40,863 bases of DNA from Filifactoraceae bacterium. Its GTDB lineage: Bacteria; Bacillota; Clostridia; Peptostreptococcales; Filifactoraceae. The number at the start of each line of letters is the position of its first letter. Within the stretch, counting starts at the first letter, position 1. The stretch spans positions 1 through 40,863 of the forward strand of contig JBGZCE010000137.1 in NCBI GenBank assembly GCA_041845175.1, given 5' to 3'. The translations under genes and the position numbers were made by a program. The notes under the pieces are model-generated. The model was not told where the DNA came from. It worked only from the letters and a program-made list of their open reading frames with translations, and did no database searches. Below are positions 26,848 to 35,172 of this stretch, in pieces.

Positions 26848-27045
26848 ATAGCCCCTCCGCAGTTGCATAATCTAAAGATTTTCTTGGCAGATCATTCATT
26901 TCATCGGTAAAGGATAAAATCTTCTCTGTTGTAAAACGATCGATGGATATTCCTTTGGGAACATTTCCACGAAAGCTTCGGTTATGAAACTCATTCTGCG
27001 GTCTTTCCCAAGAAGAATACGGGTGTGCAAAGTAAACGGAGGTAC
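26810..27045 (-). pseudogene. C-terminal remnant of an IS30-family transposase
   Basis: Minus-strand translation [64 protein letters not shown] is a degraded version of the IS30 C-terminus (YFxxPYxxWxRGxNENxNGLxRxxxPKG...LNxRPRKxLxxxTPxExF). The catalytic N-terminal two thirds are absent. Confidence 0.65.
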
Positions 27046-27122
27046 CCCGATTTTCAATCTCCGCAAAGAAGAAAAAGAAGAAAAAGAAGAATGATTGCTT
27101 CGAGGATATTGCTTTCGCATAC

Positions 27123-27175
27123 AAAAAAGGGGCAGCCGCAGAATGAGCAGAGCTCATTTTGCAGCAGCCCCTTTT
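27123..27175 (-). terminator. Rho-independent terminator of the surface-protein gene
   Basis: AAAAGGGGC (27125-27133) pairs with GCCCCTTTT (27167-27175), with an inner AATGAG/CTCATT hairpin. On the minus strand the stem is followed by a U-run. Confidence 0.7.
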
Positions 27176-27204
27176 CGGGTGGAGATTCCGTCGGTCGGGA
27201 ATCC

Positions 27205-28080
27205 TTATCTTTTCTTGGAGCTGAATTTTATCTTATTCGGCAGGACAGCCGGCGGAATCACCGCTTGTATCGGCTCGATCGAACCGATCCCTGTTTTCGG
27301 AACGGTCTTGATGTTCTGAACGACCGGTGCCGAGCTGAGCGGAACGGACGGATCGGCGATCGTTGTATCCGTTGCCGGCGTTGTCCCTGCTGCCGGATCG
27401 GTCGCCTTAGTCGGGTCGGTCGGCTTTGTCGGATCAGTCGGCTTTGTCGGATCAGTCGGCTTTGTCGGATCGGTTGCCGCCGGATCAGTTTCTTTGGTCG
27501 GATCAGTTTCTTTGGTCGGATCAGTTTCTTTGGTCGGATCAGTTTCTTTGGTCGGATCAGTTTCTTTGGTCGGATCAGTTTCTTTGGTCGGATCGGTTGC
27601 CGCCGGATCAGTTTCTTTGGTCGGATCGGTCGGATTCGTTCCCGGAGGTGTGTACGGATCCGGTCTTACCGGAGAATTCGGCTGAGAACCGCCCCCGCCG
27701 CCACTATTGCCGCCGGAGGTCTGAACGGGAACCCATATTGCATAAAGAGTAACATCAGCACCAAAGCTTAGTCGGAGTTGGTCACCTGGGTATAGTATCT
27801 GTTCTGGGTCGGTCGGAGTACCTAGGCGCAACCAATGAGCAAATTCCATGCCCGGCGGAGCGGTAAAGGGATTAGCGAATTCATCTAATCGAAGAACCGT
27901 ATGCACATAGTCGTTGCCATTTTGCCGGTATGCATTACTTGCAATGGGATTACCTGTTCCTCCTTCGCCCGGATAATAACGGACGGTGATAGAATTCGCA
28001 TGCGCGCTCATCAATCCGATCCACAGTGTGCTGATCGCCACCAATAATGCGATCTTCAAAAAAAATCTTGTTCGTTTCAT
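27205..28080 (-). CDS. Secreted surface protein: Listeria-Bacteroides (Flg_new-like) repeat domain, Thr/Pro/Asp-rich hexapeptide repeats and a VPKTG sorting-signal-like C-terminus
   Basis: ATG at 28080 (RBS AAGGGGG) gives the signal peptide MKRTRFFLKIALLVAISTLWIGLMSAHA. ITVRYYPGEGG...FAHW...DVTLYAIW resembles the Flg_new repeat. There are about 13 TDPTK[EP]-type units. The C-terminus is VPKTG, a semi-hydrophobic stretch, then KKR. Confidence 0.8.
   Translation of the reverse strand: MKRTRFFLKIALLVAISTLWIGLMSAHANSITVRYYPGEGGTGNPIASNAYRQNGNDYVHTVLRLDEFANPFTAPPGMEFAHWLRLGTPTDPEQILYPGDQLRLSFGADVTLYAIWVPVQTSGGNSGGGGGSQPNSPVRPDPYTPPGTNPTDPTKETDPAATDPTKETDPTKETDPTKETDPTKETDPTKETDPTKETDPAATDPTKPTDPTKPTDPTKPTDPTKATDPAAGTTPATDTTIADPSVPLSSAPVVQNIKTVPKTGIGSIEPIQAVIPPAVLPNKIKFSSKKR
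27395..27640. repeat. 18-bp tandem repeat array inside the surface-protein gene
   Basis: GGATCAGTTTCTTTGGTC occurs six times head to tail without mismatch (27482-27589) and once more at 27605-27622. It is flanked by the variants GGATCAGTCGGCTTTGTC (x2) and GGATCGGTTGCCGCC. Confidence 0.95.
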
Positions 28081-28294
28081 AATAACCCCCTTCTTTCGGT
28101 TATGTTTTGTAATGACAGCATAGACCATCAGACTCCCCTCCGAGCTATGATCGACGCCTTGCGGCAGCGCCGCAAATTTTCGGCTGTCGTCGCTCCCCAC
28201 CTCGAGCGCCGTCAATCCGATCCTGTCGCCGAGCATAAGGATCGCTCAGCATTGACTCTACCCTAAGAATATCATAGGTACAAAAATTTTTATA

Positions 28295-28317
28295 TGGCCC
28301 GAAAGGACCATTTTTTT
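28295..28317 (+). terminator. Orphan terminator-like hairpin in the buk upstream region
   Basis: TGGCCC-GAAA-GGACCA (one mismatch) followed by TTTTTTT. No plus-strand gene ends upstream of it. Confidence 0.35.
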
Positions 28318-28609
28318 GAGTGCGAAGCACGGAGGAGATTCACGGCGGTCGTTTCGGATAGAGAACGGATCGGGAGGGGACAGCCGCTTCGACAGAGTGC
28401 GGATCATCGAGCGGGGAAGAGGTATCCGCGGCGAGAGCGGGAGGACTGCAGGATAACGGCGGTCGTGCCGGCGGGAGCACAAGGATGTGGTGTCCATTGC
28501 TTCGACCCATCTGCGGCTTCGCACGAAATCCGATCGAAATTGGCAAAGCGTAATGACAAAAAAACGCTTTCATAGTAGAATAGAGGATGAAAAGGAGGTA
28601 GATTATCGT

Positions 28610-29665
28610 ATGAAAATTTTAGCGATAAATCCGGGCTCGACTTCGACAAAGCTCGCCCTTTACGAGGACAAGGAGCTGATTTTCAAGGAAAGTCTGGAGC
28701 ACAGCAACGAGGAGCTGGCAAAGTATCCGTCGATCGCGTCGCAATACGCGATGCGCAAGGAGGCGATCGTGTCGGTGCTGAAGGAGAAAGGATACAGGGT
28801 AGAGGAGCTCAGTGCGGTCGTCGGCAGAGGCGGGATCCTTCCGCCGGTCAAGTCGGGCGCGTATCGGGTGAACGAGGTGATGGCGGATGTGCTTTTGAAC
28901 CGTCCGGTGCTGGAGCATGCGTCCAATCTGGGCGGACTGATCGCCAAGGATCTGGCGGATTCGATCGGTGTGGATGCGTACATCTATGATTCGGTCGCGG
29001 TGGACGAGCTGGACGAGGTGGCGCGTATCACAGGCATCAAGGAGATCAAGCGCACGAGCTTGTCGCACGCGCTCAATATGCGTGCGTCCGCGATCAAATC
29101 GGCGGAAATGCTCGGCAAGCCGTACAACCAAACAAACCAGATTGTTGCGCATTTGGGCGGAGGAATGTCGATTTCGGCGCACAGACAGGGCAGAATGGTC
29201 GATATCGTGTCGGACGACGAGGGACCTTTTTCGCCGGAGCGCTCCGGACGATTGCCGGTCAAGGACTTTGTGAAGTACGCATTGCAGTTTGATTTGCAGA
29301 CACTGATGAAGAAGATGCGCGGCGGAGCGGGACTGGTTTCGCTTTTGGGCACCAATTCGGCGGTCGAGGTGGAAAAAATGATCGCATCGGGCGACGAAAC
29401 GGCCAAGCTGGTCTATGAAGCGATGGCGTACCAGATCTCCAAGTCGATCGGCGAGCTGGCGGTCGTTTTGGACGGCAAGGTCGACGCGATCGTGATCACG
29501 GGCGGGATCGCCTATTCAAAATTCATTACGGACTATATCACGAGCAAGGTGAAGTTTATCGCACCGGTGCATATTTTGCCGGGAGAGAACGAATTGGAAT
29601 CGCTGGCGCACGGCGCGTATCGGGTGCTCACGGGGCAGGAGACGGCGCACGAGTTTGCGGAATAG
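28610..29665 (+). CDS. buk: Butyrate kinase
   Basis: ATG at 28610 after AAAGGAGG. MKILAINPGSTSTKLALYED, GRGGILPP, HASNLGG and AHLGGGMSI motifs of the acetate/butyrate kinase family, with butyrate-kinase-like length (351 aa). Confidence 0.9.
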   Translation: MKILAINPGSTSTKLALYEDKELIFKESLEHSNEELAKYPSIASQYAMRKEAIVSVLKEKGYRVEELSAVVGRGGILPPVKSGAYRVNEVMADVLLNRPVLEHASNLGGLIAKDLADSIGVDAYIYDSVAVDELDEVARITGIKEIKRTSLSHALNMRASAIKSAEMLGKPYNQTNQIVAHLGGGMSISAHRQGRMVDIVSDDEGPFSPERSGRLPVKDFVKYALQFDLQTLMKKMRGGAGLVSLLGTNSAVEVEKMIASGDETAKLVYEAMAYQISKSIGELAVVLDGKVDAIVITGGIAYSKFITDYITSKVKFIAPVHILPGENELESLAHGAYRVLTGQETAHEFAE

Positions 29666-29849
29666 TGCAGGGGCCAAGCGCGGGACGATCCGTCCGAAAA
29701 AGCGCGAGCGGCGGAGCCTGCAGGATTTGCGGTCGGGCGCTCGGCGCCGGGCTTGCGATTGAAGGGCGTTTTGATAAAGGCGCTTTGATGAGCCTTCGGG
29801 ATAGATTTTTGTAAAAATGCTTTGAGCAACAGGGAAAAGGAAGGTTATT

Positions 29850-31166
29850 ATGATTCGAATGACGGCGGCGCACGCGCAGTGGCCGATCGAAAACGATGCG
29901 ATCTTTGAAATTGCGGGTCGTGCAAAAAAAGCGCAGGCGGAGCTTGGAAGAGATAAGGTGATCGACGCGACCATCGGTGCGATCATGGACGATGACGGCA
30001 ATCTGGTCTGTCTGGATACGGTCTACACGGAGCTGAAGAATCTTCCGAATGCGAGGATGGCGGCGTATGCGATGATCGAGGGACAGCCGGAGTTTTTGAC
30101 GGCGGCGGAAAAGGCCTGCTTCGCGGAGTATCGTCCGAAGGGCTTTATTCGTTCGGTCGCAACACCGGGCGGAACGGGCGGCGTCAAACACGCGGTATGG
30201 AATTACACCGACGAGGGCGACGATATTTTGGTAGCCGACTGGTTCTGGTCACCGTACAAGACCATTGCGGAGGAGGGCGGCAGAGGGCTTCGCACCTTCC
30301 GTCTGTTCAACGAGCAGGGCGGCTTCGATGTGAAAGATTTTGAAGAAAAATACGGCGAGCTGATCCGGGAACAAAAACGAGCACTGGTGATCCTCAACAC
30401 GCCGGCGCAGAATCCGACCGGCTACAGCCTGTCCGACGACGAGTGGGATCAGGTACTGGCTGTGCTGAAAAAGCTCGCAGAGGATAAGGAAAATAAAATT
30501 ATTCTGCTTGTGGATACCGCATATATCGACTATGCGGGCGTCGGCACGGAGCGACGCGCGTTTTTCGGCAAATTCGGCGATCTGCCGGAGAATATTTTTG
30601 TGATGATCGCCTTCTCGATGTCCAAGGGCTATACGATGTACGGCTTCCGATCGGGTGCGCTGATCGGGATCTCGTCGGTGGAGGATATTGCGATCGACTT
30701 TTTCTACTCCTGTATGCATGCGAGCAGAGCGAACTGGTCAAACGGCACGCGCTCGGCGATGGAGACGCTGATCGAGATCGACAGAGATCCTGCGAAAAAA
30801 GCCGCCTACGAAAAGGAACGCGATCATTGGAAGACGGTTTTGCAAACGAGAGCCGAGGCTTTTGTAAAAGCGGCGGCGGAGGTCGGACTGGAGATCCTGC
30901 CGTATCGCGACGGATTCTTCACGACGATTCCGTATCATCATCCGAAAAAGCTGGTGGAAAAGCTGACGGAAAAAAATCTCTACGCCGTGGCGCTCCGAAA
31001 GGGCGTGCGCTTTGCGATCTGTGCGGTCGATATGCCGAATTGCGCCAAAGCGCCGGCGATCATCAAGGAAGCGATGGACGAGCTTCATCAGGAAAGGCTT
31101 GCCAAGGGTGCGTCCGGCTGCTGTAATGGCGGACATGGCGGCGGTTGCTGCGGCAAACATAAATAA
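29850..31166 (+). CDS. Class I/II aminotransferase (aspartate/aromatic type) with a Cys/Gly/His-rich C-terminal tail
   Basis: 438 aa. LNTPAQNPTGYSLS and the PLP lysine in FSMSKGYTMYGFRSGAL. The last 20 residues are ASGCCNGGHGGGCCGKHK. Confidence 0.85.
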   Translation: MIRMTAAHAQWPIENDAIFEIAGRAKKAQAELGRDKVIDATIGAIMDDDGNLVCLDTVYTELKNLPNARMAAYAMIEGQPEFLTAAEKACFAEYRPKGFIRSVATPGGTGGVKHAVWNYTDEGDDILVADWFWSPYKTIAEEGGRGLRTFRLFNEQGGFDVKDFEEKYGELIREQKRALVILNTPAQNPTGYSLSDDEWDQVLAVLKKLAEDKENKIILLVDTAYIDYAGVGTERRAFFGKFGDLPENIFVMIAFSMSKGYTMYGFRSGALIGISSVEDIAIDFFYSCMHASRANWSNGTRSAMETLIEIDRDPAKKAAYEKERDHWKTVLQTRAEAFVKAAAEVGLEILPYRDGFFTTIPYHHPKKLVEKLTEKNLYAVALRKGVRFAICAVDMPNCAKAPAIIKEAMDELHQERLAKGASGCCNGGHGGGCCGKHK

Positions 31167-31222
31167 AAAGCCGTAAACGGCTCGCGGATCGGGCGGAACC
31201 GCCGGCTCAAGGAGCACGACAG

Positions 31223-31585
31223 GTGAGCGAACGCGGACGATAACGCTCGGCGGCGCGATTCGTATGAGAACGGACGGCGCTCACACAAAAACGGCGAGTG
31301 AACGACAAGCGCACGAATGCGGACGACCGTCGGAGGGATAAGCCGGTCCTGCAAGGTGCGCAAACGAAAAAGCCGATGCGCAAAGAGCGCGCAACGGATG
31401 TGAGCGAACGCGGACGATAACGCTCGGCGGTGCGATCCGTATGAGAACGGACGGCGCTCGCACAAAAACGGCGAGTGAACGACAAGCGCACGAGTGCGCG
31501 GAGGGATAAGCCGGTCCTGCGAGGTGCGCAAACGAAAAAGCCGATGCGCAAAGAGCGCGCAACGGATGCGAGCGAACGCGCGAAA
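31223..31585. repeat. About 2.1 tandem copies of a 177/168-bp purine-rich, T-poor intergenic unit
   Basis: GTGAGCGAACGCGGACGATAACGCTCGGCGG... at 31223 recurs at 31400, and a third copy begins at 31568. The copies differ by a 9-nt indel and a few substitutions. Confidence 0.9.
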
Positions 31586-31660
31586 GCAAAAAGGTTCGGG
31601 TTGTTGGCGCTTTCGGATTTTTTCGGAAGCGGTTTTATGATTTATAGAAAGAGGTATTGT

Positions 31661-33418
31661 ATGAAAAAATTTGTCAGCAGGCTGATGGCAGGGGTATTGA
31701 TCGCCACGACGATCTTCGGGACAGCGGCATTTGCGGCGGAGGAAAAAACGCTGACGATCATCCACACCAACGATACGCATGCGGCGGTAACGGACAACGG
31801 GCGCGCGCAGATCGGATTTGCAAAGCTCGGCGGCTATGTGGATGAGCTGCGCAAAAAGGAGAATGTGCTGGTGCTGGACGCGGGCGATATGTTCCAGGGC
31901 TTGCCGTTCGCCAATCTTGAAAAAGGACACAGTATAGTTTCCGTCGTCAATCTGGTCGGCTATGACGCGATGGCGGTCGGCAACCACGAATTCGATTTCG
32001 GTGCGGACAATCTGCTTGCCATCGAGAAAAAGCTGAGCTTCCCGATGCTCGCGGCGAATGTCGAGAAAAACGGACAGTCGGTGTTCAAGCCGTACATCGT
32101 CAAAGAGGTGAACGGGATCAAGGTCGGGATCTTCGGGATCTCCACACCGGAAACCGCATTCAAAACGCATCCGGACAATGTCAAGGGCTACGAATTTACC
32201 GATATCGTGAAGGCGGCGCAAAAAACAACGGAAACGCTCCGAAATACGGAAAAAGTCGATGTCGTGATCGCGCTGGTGCATCTGGGTCTGTATGAGGGCG
32301 ACTACACTTCGGATCTGATCGCCAAAGGCGTTGAGGGAATCGACCTCATCATCGACGGACACAGCCACACGACCTTGGAGAACGGCTTGAAGGAAGGCCA
32401 TTCGCTGATCGTCAGCACCGGCGCTTCGCTCAATGCGGTCGGCAAGGTGGACATCAAGCTGACGGACAAAAAGGTGACGGATATTCAGGCAAAATTGCTC
32501 AAATATGCGGACTTTGCCAATGTCGTGCCGAAGCAGTCGATCGCGGATGCGATCAAGGCGGTCGAGGACGCACAAAAGCCGCTGCTTGACAAGGTGGTCG
32601 GAAAAACCGCCGTCGAGCTGGTCGGCGAGCGCTCGATCGTGCGAACCGGCGAATCCAATCTCGGACAGCTTGCGACGGCGGCGATGCTCGATCTGACAAA
32701 GGCGGATATCGCCATCACCAACGGCGGCGGGATCCGCGCGAGCATCAAGGCGGGAGATATCACGATGCGCGATATGGTGACCGTGTTCCCGTTCGGCAAT
32801 ACGATCATGGTCAAGGAGATCAAAGGCTCCGACATCGTGGCGGCGCTCGAGCACGGAACGAGCGATTATCCGAATGAGAAGGGCGCGTTCCCGCATGTGG
32901 CGGGCTTGACCTTCACGCTCAATGTCAATGCGCCGGCAGGCAAGCGCGTGTCCGATGTCAAGGTCAACGGCGAGCCGATCGATATGGACAGATCCTATAC
33001 GGTGGCGACCAACGACTTTATGGCGGCGGGCGGCGACGGATATACGATGCTGAAGGCGTATCCGATTAAAGCGGAATACAACACGCTGATGGATACACTG
33101 CTGGCGTATGTGCAGAAGCTCGGCACGGTCGAGGGCAAATCGGAAAAACGGATCACCTTCGATGAAAAAACCGGCGCGGACGAAACGGTCGGCATTCGCG
33201 AATTTGCGATCGCGCGGGGCTACAAGGTGGATTATGACGCAAAAACCAAATCGGTCGTGTTGACCAAGGGCGATGTCGTCATCACCGTTTCGATCACAGG
33301 CAATGCATATCGGGTCGGCGATGCGGAGGCGGTCAAGCTCGCCAATGCGCCGGTGCTTATGAACGGACATTATCTGTATAAAGCGATCGATCTGAATACA
33401 CTGTTCAAAGCCGCGTAG
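31661..33418 (+). CDS. Secreted bifunctional metallophosphatase/5'-nucleotidase with a C-terminal copper-amine-oxidase-N-like (stalk) domain
   Basis: ATG at 31661 gives the signal peptide MKKFVSRLMAGVLIATTIFGTAAFA. Metallophosphoesterase motifs HTNDTHA, GDMFQG and GNHEFD; 5'-nucleotidase C-domain (ITNGGGIRA, FPFGNT). The C-terminal 70 aa (VVITVSITGNAYRVGDAEAVKLANAPVLMNGHYLY) look like the Clostridial Cu_amine_oxidN1-type domain. Confidence 0.88.
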   Translation: MKKFVSRLMAGVLIATTIFGTAAFAAEEKTLTIIHTNDTHAAVTDNGRAQIGFAKLGGYVDELRKKENVLVLDAGDMFQGLPFANLEKGHSIVSVVNLVGYDAMAVGNHEFDFGADNLLAIEKKLSFPMLAANVEKNGQSVFKPYIVKEVNGIKVGIFGISTPETAFKTHPDNVKGYEFTDIVKAAQKTTETLRNTEKVDVVIALVHLGLYEGDYTSDLIAKGVEGIDLIIDGHSHTTLENGLKEGHSLIVSTGASLNAVGKVDIKLTDKKVTDIQAKLLKYADFANVVPKQSIADAIKAVEDAQKPLLDKVVGKTAVELVGERSIVRTGESNLGQLATAAMLDLTKADIAITNGGGIRASIKAGDITMRDMVTVFPFGNTIMVKEIKGSDIVAALEHGTSDYPNEKGAFPHVAGLTFTLNVNAPAGKRVSDVKVNGEPIDMDRSYTVATNDFMAAGGDGYTMLKAYPIKAEYNTLMDTLLAYVQKLGTVEGKSEKRITFDEKTGADETVGIREFAIARGYKVDYDAKTKSVVLTKGDVVITVSITGNAYRVGDAEAVKLANAPVLMNGHYLYKAIDLNTLFKAA

Positions 33419-33498
33419 CAGGCATTGCACGGAGCGTGCGATAAAAGCGCGCGAGCAGGAGAAAACGATTCGTGCGCAAGCGGATCGACAAACAAATC

Positions 33499-33537
33499 AA
33501 AAGGGCATATCGGACAATTCCGGTACGCCCTTTTTTG
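33499..33537. terminator. Bidirectional terminator between the convergent 5'-nucleotidase and kinase genes
   Basis: AAAAGGGC (33499-33506) pairs with GCCCTTTT (33527-33534), with an A-run on one side and a T-run on the other. Confidence 0.7.
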
Positions 33538-33542
33538 TATGG

Positions 33543-35003
33543 CTAATGCTCAAAGCAGCTGCCGCCGATAAACTCGCGCAGAATCGAGGTGTTGGGGATG
33601 GCAAGCTCATCCTCCGCGCCGCGGAAAAAGGCAAGCAGCTCGGACAGGCGCAGCGCCTCCTCATAGTACGGACTGTCCGAACGCACCTCGTCGAGCACCG
33701 AAAGCGCGTGCCTTTTGAGAAACGCCAGCTCATAGATCAGCGACGAGTTGAACAGGATATCCGCATTTTCCTGGAACGGAAAAATATTGATGTTTTCGCC
33801 CTTGACGACATTCGTCCACAGCTCGAGCGTGCGCTCGGCATCGTAGCCGCGCGTCTTGATATCGCGCACCATGCGGCGCAGCAGCCGCAGATCGGTGGTG
33901 GCGATGCGATTGTGCTCATCGATGTTGAGCTGCGTCAGCGCCGAGATATAGACCTTGAATTTGCGATCGCTCGGGATCGAGGCGGTCAGCTCCTCGTTCA
34001 AGCCGTGGATTCCTTCAACGAGAAGATAGGTATCCGGCGACAGCTTGATCGGCGGGCGGCGATATTCGCGCACTCCGCGGATAAAATCAAAGCTCGGGAG
34101 AATAACCTCCTCGCCACGCAGCAGCTTTTGCAGATCGGCATTGAATGCGGCGACATCCACCGCCGCAATGGAATCGAAATCCGGCTTGCCGTCCGCGCCG
34201 AGCGGCGTTTGATCCCGATCGACAAAATAATCGTCCAGTCCGACGGTGATGAATTTTTTGCCGAGCACACGGAGCTGTATGCCCAATCGCTTGGCAAAGG
34301 TCGTCTTGCCGGACGAGGACGGGCCGGCGATCAGGATCAGCCTTGCCGTGCTTTTTTTGTGGATCGAATCGGCGATCTGCGCGATCTTCTTTTCATGGAG
34401 CGCCTCGGAGATCCGCACGATGTCGCTGAGCTCGCCGCGTCGAGTCACCTCGTTCAGATCGCCCGCATGGTTGATCTCAAGCAGGCGCGCCCAATCCTCC
34501 GACTCGCGAAAAATGGCAAAGAGCTTTTCCTGATGGCGATACCCGAGCACGCCGTTTGAAAAAGGAAATGCCAAAATGATTCCGTCCTCCGCCGCGATCA
34601 GACTGAATTGGTCGATGTCGCCGCTGTTTTCGAGCACGCCGCCCAAAAAGCAGTACATCGTATCGGTCAGCCGGCAGAGCGTGACGCGCTCAACCTCCGC
34701 GCTGCGGAGCACCTGCACCTTGTCGGTCATGCCCTGTGCTTCAAAGATCGTGATCGCCTCCGCGGTCGAAAGCGTTTTTGTTATGATCGGAATGCGCCGG
34801 GAGATCAGCTCGCGGATCTTCTCGCGCAGGCGCTCCAGCAGCACATTGTCCGGCACGATGCCGCGGAGCTGGGTGTAGATGCCCTTGTTGATGCTGTATT
34901 CGATCAGAACGCTCGGCTTGTCGAGCAGGCTCGATGCCGCCTCGATATAGAGCATACAGAGAGTGTTGATGTATTTGCGCTTGGCTGCGCTGCGGTCATT
35001 CAT
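33543..35003 (-). CDS. Uridine kinase/PRK-family nucleoside kinase with an N-terminal TGS-like extension
   Basis: 486 aa. P-loop LILIAGPSSSGKTTFAKRL followed by LDDYFVDRD...PDFD and LLVEGIHGLN, typical of the phosphoribulokinase/uridine kinase family. Confidence 0.8.
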   Translation of the reverse strand: MNDRSAAKRKYINTLCMLYIEAASSLLDKPSVLIEYSINKGIYTQLRGIVPDNVLLERLREKIRELISRRIPIITKTLSTAEAITIFEAQGMTDKVQVLRSAEVERVTLCRLTDTMYCFLGGVLENSGDIDQFSLIAAEDGIILAFPFSNGVLGYRHQEKLFAIFRESEDWARLLEINHAGDLNEVTRRGELSDIVRISEALHEKKIAQIADSIHKKSTARLILIAGPSSSGKTTFAKRLGIQLRVLGKKFITVGLDDYFVDRDQTPLGADGKPDFDSIAAVDVAAFNADLQKLLRGEEVILPSFDFIRGVREYRRPPIKLSPDTYLLVEGIHGLNEELTASIPSDRKFKVYISALTQLNIDEHNRIATTDLRLLRRMVRDIKTRGYDAERTLELWTNVVKGENINIFPFQENADILFNSSLIYELAFLKRHALSVLDEVRSDSPYYEEALRLSELLAFFRGAEDELAIPNTSILREFIGGSCFEH

Positions 35004-35111
35004 AATTTGTTCCGTCCTTTCGAGTTCGTTGTCATTGATTCCATTATACCAAATTCGGCGCGCTTCGGCAGTTCAAATTTCGGATGAAGAGCGAAATGCC
35101 TTTTGCCGCAC

Positions 35112-35150
35112 AAAAAATCGACCCCGAAGGAGCGTCCCTTCAAGGTCGAT
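35112..35150 (-). terminator. Rho-independent terminator of the lipoprotein array
   Basis: On the minus strand, ATCGACC...GGTCGAT (with an inner GAAGG/CCTTC hairpin) is followed by TTTTTT. Confidence 0.7.
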
Positions 35151-35172
35151 CGTTTACATTTGTTGCAATTAG

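Noticed and set aside
27395-27640. Regularly spaced short repeats that might suggest a CRISPR array.
   Set aside because: The units are contiguous 18-mers with no spacers. They are in frame within a coding sequence and encode a hexapeptide repeat.
27025-27771. Plus-strand 248-aa ORF with RISFFG repeats, and 63-108-aa ORFs at 27426-27752.
   Set aside because: They are mirror-frame readings of the 18-bp repeat array belonging to the minus-strand surface-protein gene, which has a signal peptide, an RBS and a sorting signal.
31167-31185. Small hairpin AGCCG-TAAA-CGGCT right after the aminotransferase stop, as a possible terminator.
   Set aside because: The stem is only 5 bp and no U-run follows, so it is not convincing as an intrinsic terminator.
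31207-31589. Minus-strand ORFs of 102-114 aa inside the 31.3-kb repeat, and similar ones at 37000-37463.
   Set aside because: The plus strand is nearly T-free here, so stop codons are rare in every frame. The 'proteins' are just the tandem repeat translated twice, with no RBS or start context.
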